Below the pieces are notes generated by a model. The model was not told the origin of the DNA, did not search any database, and saw nothing but the letters and a program-made list of their open reading frames with translations. DNA of 63,524 nt, counting the filler, from Octopus bimaculoides (lineage: Eukaryota): the NCBI RefSeq assembly GCF_001194135.2. It is 5 parts of 4 records of this genome, joined end to end, with 100 filler letters (N's around TTAATTAATTAA, not from the genome) between each part and the next. Parts side by side here need not be neighbours in the genome. Positions count along the whole stretch, not along the records: positions 41,748 to 56,570 come from NC_068982.1; positions 56,671 to 60,782 come from NW_026300677.1; positions 60,883 to 63,524 come from NC_068982.1; 2 more parts are not named here. The stretch is one strand, 5' to 3'. The stretch's first letter is position 1. Each line of letters begins with the position of its first letter. The translations under genes and the position numbers were made by a program. This document shows positions 55,887 to 63,524 of this stretch, piece by piece.

Positions 55887-56334
55887 ATGCAACTGCTGCT
55901 ACAGCTACTGCAGCTGCTGTTGTTGCTGTTACTACTACTACTACTACTACTACAACGACTACTACTACTACTACTACNNNNNNNNNNTACTACTACTACT
56001 ACTACAACGACTACTACTACTACTACTACTACAACGACTACTACTACTACTACTACTACTACTATCAAAACTGATAATTTATTTTATTGGTCACAAGGGT
56101 CCAGGATATGGAGATCAATATGAAAGGACGTGATGCAACACACACACACAACAACAACAACAACAACAAAACAGGTGGGGTTTTACATCAATGAAGGGGT
56201 GACACTAAAATACTAAAAAATAAAACGAAAGGATATATATAAATAAAAAAAAACAGAAAAATAAATAATCAATAGATAGAATATCCAATATCGGGGTAGC
56301 CCACTAAAGGTAGTTCGGGGGTAAACACCGCACG

Positions 56335-56490
56335 AATTCACATTCTTTACATTATTTAAATTTGACGGATATTTCTCCTCATTTTGTTTCTTGTTAACAC
56401 AACATTTCGGTTAATATCCCCTCCAGGCTTCATTAGGTGTCTTGGGGAAATTTCGAACCTGGGTTCTAATTTCTAAGGTACTTTTCGATG
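56335..56490. mobile_element. Penelope-type terminal-repeat remnant
   Basis: ACAACATTTCGG...CTTCATTAGGTG followed by a (TAT)n tail. The minus strand reads like a decayed CTGATGA...GAAA core. Confidence 0.5.
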
Positions 56491-56500
56491 TTGTTGTTGA

Positions 56501-56570
<70 letters not shown>

Positions 56571-56670
56571 NNNNNNNNNNNNNNNNNNNNNNNNNNNNNN
56601 NNNNNNNNNNNNNNTTAATTAATTAANNNNNNNNNNNNNNNNNNNNNNNNNNNNNNNNNNNNNNNNNNNN
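56571..56670. other. Artificial 100-bp assembly spacer: N44-TTAATTAATTAA-N44
   Basis: The identical construct occurs at 24669-24768, 41648-41747, 56571-56670 and 60783-60882. Confidence 0.95.
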
Positions 56671-56672
56671 GT

Positions 56673-58052
56673 AAATGTGGACAATATCAAGATCTAATGT
56701 TGCTATCTGAGGGAGAATCTTTTGCTTATACATATACTGACATTGAATATTATGGAAAGATGGCCCGTCCTTATAACCAGCCCACCTTTTACTATTCATC
56801 TGACGTGCAAAATATATTTAACCGGCGATTTGATTACACCTTAGTATTGGATGCCGATACAGGGGTGCCGGATGGAACGGTAGAAAAACTTCTCGGAATA
56901 GCTGCAGCAAACCCAGAGAAAGGGATCATCCAACCATCTATAAAACTAAGTCGCGATGTAAACGATACCCTGTACATGAGACTGGAAGCGATGAGACAAA
57001 TGATCTACGAGCCAATGACAAATGCTGTCACAGCATTACTCGGTCAGTGTGGTTTCTTCGGAAAAGGGCTCATCAAAAACCGTATATACATCGATAACAT
57101 AATCGGGAGTAGAGACAATCTAATCGAACGTGTTCCTATTGATGTTCTTAGTCACGACACATTTGAAGCAGCTTTACTCAAACCCTACTATGCCGGCTCA
57201 GTGTTCTTACTGGAAGCTCCCAGTTTTAATTACATTACATGGAACATTCGAGAACGACGTTGGAATCGAGGTGAGGTTATATTATCCATGTACTTCTGGA
57301 AAAATACGATTGGTATAATTTTTAGGAGCTTACAGAAAGTTTTTCAAAGGGATAAGTTTAATAAAACAGTTCTGAGGACGGAAAGTAAACTTGATTTCGT
57401 TACGGCTTATATTGCCCATTCGGCATTAAGACAGATGTTAATGAAACCTTTCTTACTTATATTTATTTGTTTACACGTTGGTATAGAACTCAGGTTTTCA
57501 ATTGCCCCAATCGCTGTCATTATGTTCTTGGTTCTTGTCTTCCCTAAAATTGCTACGTGTACCAGATCAAACGTTAAATATGTTATAATTGAAACTTTGA
57601 CATCCATCTTACAATTTACGCCTGAAGCCATTGTTGGTTGCGTACGCATCTTTCGTGCAATCCAAGCGAATATTTCCGCCAATTGTAAATGGATTCCACA
57701 AAGATCTATCGAAGAAGAATTTAAAAACTGCAATCCTTTCCTCTCCAGTCTGAAACACTTATGGATGTACTCTTTATTGGCCGCTGTTGTTGCTCCGGTG
57801 GTAGTGATTTTTGTTCCAAGTTCAAGCATTATTCTCTGTATGTTGATAACTTTATTTCTTCTTCCGCTGTTTACTGGGCTAACATCACTAACTATGGACT
57901 TGAAATCCTCCCGAAGTGTAATTTCAACTTCAAAACAGCACCTACAAGTTAGTGTTCTTGGAAGTACTAGCAGCTTGACTTTAGGTTTAAAAACGACGAC
58001 TATCAATTCTACGGGTGCTTACCTAAACCAGGCATATGATAATATGTGGTAA
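56673..58052 (+). CDS. 5'-truncated membrane glycosyltransferase (GT2/GT84-like) resembling bacterial beta-1,2-glucan synthases OpgH/MdoH and Cgs/NdvB
   Basis: The frame is open from the gap edge (KCGQYQDLM...) to TAA at 58050-58052, >=459 aa with no intron. Motifs: YTLVLDADT (DxD at 56850), IIQP, GFFGKGLI, LSHDTFEAALL (57150), RERRWNRGE, ETLTSIL..P, WIPQR, then several hydrophobic helices. The ATG at 56697 is probably not the true start. Confidence 0.88.
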   Translation, partial: KCGQYQDLMLLSEGESFAYTYTDIEYYGKMARPYNQPTFYYSSDVQNIFNRRFDYTLVLDADTGVPDGTVEKLLGIAAANPEKGIIQPSIKLSRDVNDTLYMRLEAMRQMIYEPMTNAVTALLGQCGFFGKGLIKNRIYIDNIIGSRDNLIERVPIDVLSHDTFEAALLKPYYAGSVFLLEAPSFNYITWNIRERRWNRGEVILSMYFWKNTIGIIFRSLQKVFQRDKFNKTVLRTESKLDFVTAYIAHSALRQMLMKPFLLIFICLHVGIELRFSIAPIAVIMFLVLVFPKIATCTRSNVKYVIIETLTSILQFTPEAIVGCVRIFRAIQANISANCKWIPQRSIEEEFKNCNPFLSSLKHLWMYSLLAAVVAPVVVIFVPSSSIILCMLITLFLLPLFTGLTSLTMDLKSSRSVISTSKQHLQVSVLGSTSSLTLGLKTTTINSTGAYLNQAYDNMW

Positions 58053-58142
58053 ATCTCATCCTATTTCTATTTTTATTTGAAACATCAGTCACGATATTTA
58101 ATCGAATCAATCATATTATTTATTGAAACTGTCATAATTTGG

Positions 58143-58148
58143 AATAAA
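58143..58148 (+). promoter_or_regulatory. Candidate polyadenylation signal of the glycosyltransferase gene
   Basis: AATAAA about 90 nt after the stop codon. The context is AT-rich, so chance occurrence is possible. Confidence 0.35.
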
Positions 58149-58386
58149 TTTCTCTGAAAATGAAGCGTTTATTTTGACTTTTCCGTACACCAAATAGCAG
58201 TGACTAAAAATTGTTTGTTTTAATATATATTTCAAGAAAAGATTATTTCTCGTTATTGCTTCATCGCCATACAATATTTGCATGTGAAATTAACTGGTTA
58301 GTATACATATTGTTTCATGTATTTGTAACGGCAGCTTGTTAACAATTATATATAGCTTTAGAAGACGACCAAAAAGAAAACAAGAA

Positions 58387-58590
58387 GGCTGGCAGAAACG
58401 TTAGCATGCCAGGCGAAATGCTTTGCGGTATTTCGTCTGTCTTTACGTTCTGAGTTCAAATTCCGTCGAGGTCGACTTTGCCTTCCATCCTTCCAGGGGT
58501 CTATAAACCAAGTACCAGTTGCATACTGGGTCGATCTAATCGACTGGTCCCCTCCCCCAAAATTTCGAGCCTTGTGCCTAGAGTAGAAAA
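58387..58590 (+). mobile_element. SINE about 335 bp downstream of the glycosyltransferase stop, on the same gap-free contig
   Basis: Same family as 59677-59890 and as the copies inside the PNKD introns. Confidence 0.85.
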
Positions 58591-59676
58591 GAATATTTAT
58601 ACAAGTCCTAATAATATCTAATTTAATACAATAAGAGTTTTTAAACATCGAACGGGTATGAGAGTCCACCCGTGTAAAATGGAAATCAAAGGATCCACGG
58701 GTAAAAATGGGAACCCTTGGTTTAAAGCTTCGTCTTGTCACGGTTACTTTCATTTTCATGATACACAATTTATCACATGCAAATTGCTTAGCTTCCAAAT
58801 CTTGTTTTCTGATTGGGTAAAAGTAATCAACCTTTAAATTTCTGTAATATTTTCCTAAAAATTTTTCTGAATAAATGAATCGCAGATGCAGATTCTCATA
58901 AAAAAATGTACAGCAATTTTCACTTAATTTTAGATTTTGAAAATCTGTAACAACAGAAAAGATCTCCTTTTTATAGTCATCTCTTTTATTTTCTCGGAAT
59001 CGAACCACGAAATACTTGGGTTCAAACGAATTTCTCCACCCCACGACCAGATATAATTTTGTTTTCTTGAACTGTACAACAGGTAAGGTTGTTTACCAGG
59101 TTTCCCTGGCCAAGATCATAACTTGCAGACTTCTTTACAATTTGCCCAGAATACTTCATCTCCAAACAAATACAATAACGCAAATAAAAAGAAGAGAAAA
59201 AAAAAACACTGTTTAATTTTCACAGTTTCACTTTTTATTCTTCCTCATTTAAATTTGTATCAAAATAAAAAAACAAAGCAAAACAAGAATATATAAAATA
59301 TATGTAAATACTTGTGAAAATTTATCAACATGTGTGAATAATTGTATAATAATTTATGAAAGTTTATGGAAAACATTGTATAATAATTTATGAAAACATG
59401 AAAATTTGGAATATGAATGAATATGTGTAAAGATCTATGATTATTTATAAAAATAATTTATGAAAATTTATTTTGAATTTTGTAATTAATGAAGTGGAAG
59501 AAACGATAGGTCAGTTTTCTTTACATTATAGGGTCAATTCGTACCAAATAGCTTAACGACTAAACTGTATTTTTTTTTTTTACTCGCCAAACAGCGATGT
59601 GAAGAAGCCAGTCGTCTGCTGCTATAACCATTACTACGAAAACCCATGGATACTGCCTGCAGTATCATTCTGTGGA

Positions 59677-59890
59677 AAGGCGGCGAGCTGACAGAGTGGT
59701 TAGCACGCCGGGCGAAATGCTTAGCGGTATTTTGTCAGTCTTAACGCTCTGAGTTCAAATTCCGCCGAGGTCGACTTTGTCTTTCATCTTTTCAGGGTCG
59801 ATAAATTAAGTACTAGTTGCGTACTGGATCGGTCTAATCGACTGGGCCCCTCCCCCCAAATTTAGGGCCTTGTGCCAAGAGTAGGAAAGA
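59677..59890 (+). mobile_element. Second tRNA-derived SINE family (representative copy)
   Basis: GGCGGCGAGCTG...GAGTTCAAATTCCGCCGAGGTCGACTTTG...CTTTCATC. Other copies lie at ~12840-13000, 15160-15310, 21152-21370, 23885-24030, 44110-44345 and 60160-60360. Confidence 0.85.
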
Positions 59891-60444
59891 ATTTACCTTA
59901 AATAGCAAAGTAATTTATAAACCTTTGAAAGACTGGAAAAGAACCGACCACCCCATGGAGTGAATCATGTAATTAAATAAAAATACACACACGCACACAC
60001 ACAGACACACACACACACACATGCATACATAGGCAGTAGAATAATTTTTCATTGGCTTGAGGGGAAAAATCCCCTGTGATAATCCAAGTACATTGTCCAG
60101 CTGGGTGAAAGAAAATTTTCTGCTAATCGTGTTGCAATGCTAAGACAATCAATGGATTTCGGTTTCAAATTTTGGTATAATGCCAGCAGTTTTGGGGATT
60201 AAATTGGCTTCATTGTTCAACTGGTACTTATTTTATCGATTAAGGAAGAATGAAAAGCAAAGTAAACCGCGGCAATATTTGAACTCAGAACGTAAAGACG
60301 GACGTAATACCGCTAAGCATTTCACCCGGCGTGCTAACGATTCTGCCAACTTGCTGCCTTAGGAACCGCAAAGATATTAACCACACATGTAACAATACTA
60401 GAACTGACATTCTATAACAACCAGCATTAGAAAGACGATAATAA

Positions 60445-60625
60445 TGCCAGAGTGTATGGTCATAACATCAACATATGTCATAGCAACCATATTATCACAG
60501 AAAATGTTAATGTTAAACTACCTGCGTCATAACATCAATATATACCAAAGCAACTATATTAGCAACAACATTTTTATTCTGGAGTATATACCATAACATC
60601 AACACATATTATAGCAACCACATAT
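60445..60625. repeat. Degenerate ~65-bp tandem repeat, 3 units
   Basis: CATAACATCAA...AGCAAC recurs at 60461, 60528 and 60592. Confidence 0.65.
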
Positions 60626-60919
60626 ATAGAGACATTACAACAGCATCTGATTCTTCAAGTGCTTCAATTCTGTACATACACATATATTTACCCAAATGTT
60701 GAATTTATCAATGGTTTCTCTCATTGTTTTGATAAAGACATTTTCTATCAGTAATAAAATTGTTTGCAGTTTTGACGACACGNNNNNNNNNNNNNNNNNN
60801 NNNNNNNNNNNNNNNNNNNNNNNNNNTTAATTAATTAANNNNNNNNNNNNNNNNNNNNNNNNNNNNNNNNNNNNNNNNNNNNTATATATATATATATATA
60901 TATAGATATAGATAGATAA

Positions 60920-60964
<45 letters not shown>

Positions 60965-61348
60965 TATATAGATAGATAGATAGATAGATAGATAGACAGT
61001 AACTTCAGAGAAGATAGAGCTACAGTGAGAGAAGACGAAGTAAATATAATTGAAAACATTGTCGAAAAAGACTGGAGTAACACAAACAAAACTATAATCA
61101 ATAAAAAATAAAAGCGAACAAACTGGTCCGATTCTTCATAAACTTTTGTACAAAAAGAAAAGAAAAATAGGAGAAAAGTACACAAAATCATTGGAAAAAA
61201 TTTTTGCAAGAACAGGATATAAAGATGGGAAATGAAAACTAAAGATTTTATTTCATAGAATGCAATTAGAAAATGAGGGCCGGTCAAGAAACTGCGCCAA
61301 AATGAAGGACAATGGTCACGTAGTGAAACTGTCCGTCTTATAACTTAC

Positions 61349-61720
61349 GTGCTTCTTGCTTTCTTACACCGATTACATTCCTATTCACTCAAACTGTCGA
61401 CCATTAGCTTAGAGTTCGCTTCTATTTCATTTTATTTCTATTTTATGTATATTTTTGCCATTTTTGTCTTCCATCCCCGCCCCTTTCCTCCTTTTTTTCT
61501 TTTGCTTTTATTGCGTATCTTTCGCCCCTCCCCTCATTCTATTCTGCGTTTGCCATCTTCTTCACTCCGTTTCGTTCCGCCTCCTTCCGCATCATTACGT
61601 CTAACTCCGCCTCCCTCCGTCTCCCTCCGCCTTACTCCGATAAACTCTCCACCTCACAGACTCGTTTACGTCGTTTCCCACCGCCGACATCTTTTACCGC
61701 CTCCGTTGCTCGCTGCTGCC
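61349..61720 (-). promoter_or_regulatory. CpG/GC-box-rich segment ending in a strong minus-strand splice donor; possible promoter or 5' exon
   Basis: Repeated CCGCC/GGCGG motifs at 61555-61705, a perfect GC box CCCCGCCCC at 61475-61483, and minus-strand GCAC|GTAAGT at 61349/61348. Confidence 0.3.
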
Positions 61721-61982
61721 ACAAATAAAACTCAAAGTAAAATTAAAAACTACGATGAGAACCATTTATTGAAGAGTTTACAGTAAACAGATCAATATGG
61801 AGGAGAGCGAACTGGTTTTCATAGTCTCTCTATTTCTCTTTATAAAAGGGATACAGTGTGTGTGTGTGTAAGGGACGATAGATTTGTCATGAAACTTATA
61901 ACAACTATAAAAGTGACGAATGGCTGTTATTGAGTAACTACAAGTGTTTAGCTGTGGGCTTACCTACGCAAGTGTGCCTCTC

Positions 61983-62153
61983 CACTAGCGTAGCTAGGGG
62001 GAAGGGGGTGGTAAGGACGGTCCGCCCCGGGAGGCACTTTTAAAGGGGCGGCATTTTTGGGTCCACTGTAGGCAATATGTTTTTTTTTTTTGGATCCGGG
62101 GGTGGCAAACGGAAGGGCCACCCCGTGCGGCACACACTCTAGCTACGCTAGTG
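61983..62153. mobile_element. 171-bp MITE with perfect 15-16-bp TIRs
   Basis: CACTAGCGTAGCTAG ... CTAGCTACGCTAGTG, with flanks gcctctc and gcctcatc resembling a degenerate 8-bp TSD (hAT-like). Confidence 0.8.
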
Positions 62154-62859
62154 GCCTCATCGACTTTGTTTCCTCATAACTTTCAGAAGAATGATCTTTT
62201 ATCTTTTGTCCTGATTCAGGTTTAGTCTGCGACCATACTGGAGCACTGCCTTGAATTTTGAGTCAAATGAGTCAACTCTAATACTCATTTCTTAAGCTTG
62301 GTATATATATATATATATNNNNNNNNNNNNNNNNNNNNNNNNNNNNNNNNNNNNNNNNNNNNNNNNNNNNNNNNNNNNNNNNNNNNNNNNNNNNNNNNNN
62401 NNNNNNNNNNNNNNNNNNNNNNNNNNNNNNNNNNNNNNNNNNNNNNNNNNNNNNNNNNNNNNNNNNNNNNNNNNNNNNNNNNNNNNNNNNNNNNNNNNNN
62501 NNNNNNNNNNNNNNNNNNNNNNNNNNNNNNNNNNNNNNNNNNNNNNNNNNNNNNNNNNNNNNNNNNNNNNNNNNNNNNNNNNNNNNNNNNNNNNNNNNNN
62601 NNNNNNNNNNNNNNNNNNNNNNNNNNNNNNNNNNNNNNNNNNNNNNNNNNNNNNNNNNNNNNNNNNNNNNNNNNNNNNNNNNNNNNNNNNNNNNNNNNNN
62701 NNNNNNNNNNNNNNNNNNNNNNNNNNNNNNNNNNNNNNNNNNNNNNNNNNNNNNNNNNNNNNNNNNNNNNNNNNNNNNNNNNNNNNNNNNNNNNNNNNNN
62801 NNNNNNNNNNNNNNNNNNNNNNNNNNNNNNNNNNNNNNNNNNNNNNNNNNNNNNNNNNN

Positions 62860-62902
<43 letters not shown>

Positions 62903-63477
62903 CACACATATATATATATACACATGCATATGTATATATGTACGTATATATAGATATGTGTGTGTGTGTGTATGCATGTATATATATATATATATACACG
63001 CACACATACACACATATGCTTGTATGGATCTACACGAGTGTGTATGTATTTATGCATCTATGTATGTGTATATATATATAATATATATATATTAATTATA
63101 ATAAAGGGTAGAAATCGTTGATGATTTTACCAGGGAGTCAGCGCGGAATTTTAAAAACCTTATAGGTAAATTTTACAAATATTTTAATAATTATATACAA
63201 AATTCTAACAAAGGTTTGGCTACATGCCTCTCCACGCGCTGGGAAAAATAGACGCCAAAAGTCACTATTACCACCTTAAAATCTCCGAGAATAACACACT
63301 GGGTTGTAGGTGAACAAAAGAAAGATAATGAATTAGACTTTTGGTTATATATATATTAGGTGTATGATTTAACTTAGGAAACAGTTCAATAAATTCAATC
63401 ATATTTTTCGTAAATGGAGGATTAATATGGATCGAAAATATTATACAAGTGTATACATGTATATATATGTGTGTGTA

Positions 63478-63524
<47 letters not shown>

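Noticed and set aside
57407-58006. 199-aa minus-strand ORF overlapping the glycosyltransferase
   Set aside because: It is an antisense shadow of the real frame with no recognisable motifs.
58358-59044. 228-aa minus-strand ORF next to the glycosyltransferase, considered as a partner gene
   Set aside because: Its last third is a reverse-read SINE and the rest is AT-rich low-information sequence with no motif.
60445-60625. Three ~30-bp repeats at 64-67-bp spacing resembling a CRISPR array
   Set aside because: The repeats are degenerate, the putative spacers partly resemble each other, there are no cas genes, and the context is animal DNA. It is an old tandem repeat.

Overview
Repeat-rich, gap-rich animal genomic DNA, almost certainly Octopus (inferred from the SINE, RTE and R4 repeat families and the microsatellite load, not from a database hit). 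Most ORF-track entries are artefacts of microsatellites and N-runs. Two host protein-coding signals are supportable. (1) Two minus-strand exons (16098-16213, 4664-4776) of a PNKD-like / glyoxalase-II-family gene, with canonical splice sites and compatible phases. (2) An uninterrupted >=1.38 kb plus-strand reading frame (56673-58052), cut at its 5' end by an assembly gap. It encodes a multi-pass processive glycosyltransferase with the DADT / GKG / SHD..EAAL / RERRW signature of bacterial beta-1,2-glucan synthases (OpgH/MdoH and Cgs/NdvB), and it runs without a gap into octopus-type SINEs. This candidate animal beta-1,2-glucan synthase is the most interesting item. The rest is decayed mobile DNA: two Tc1 elements, a fold-back mariner MITE, a Helitron with both termini, Penelope, R4/Dong-like, RTE, Tx1 and hAT fragments, and many SINEs. 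Four artificial 100-bp joins carrying TTAATTAATTAA split the window into units whose adjacency should be treated with caution. No rRNA, true tRNA or CRISPR array is supported.
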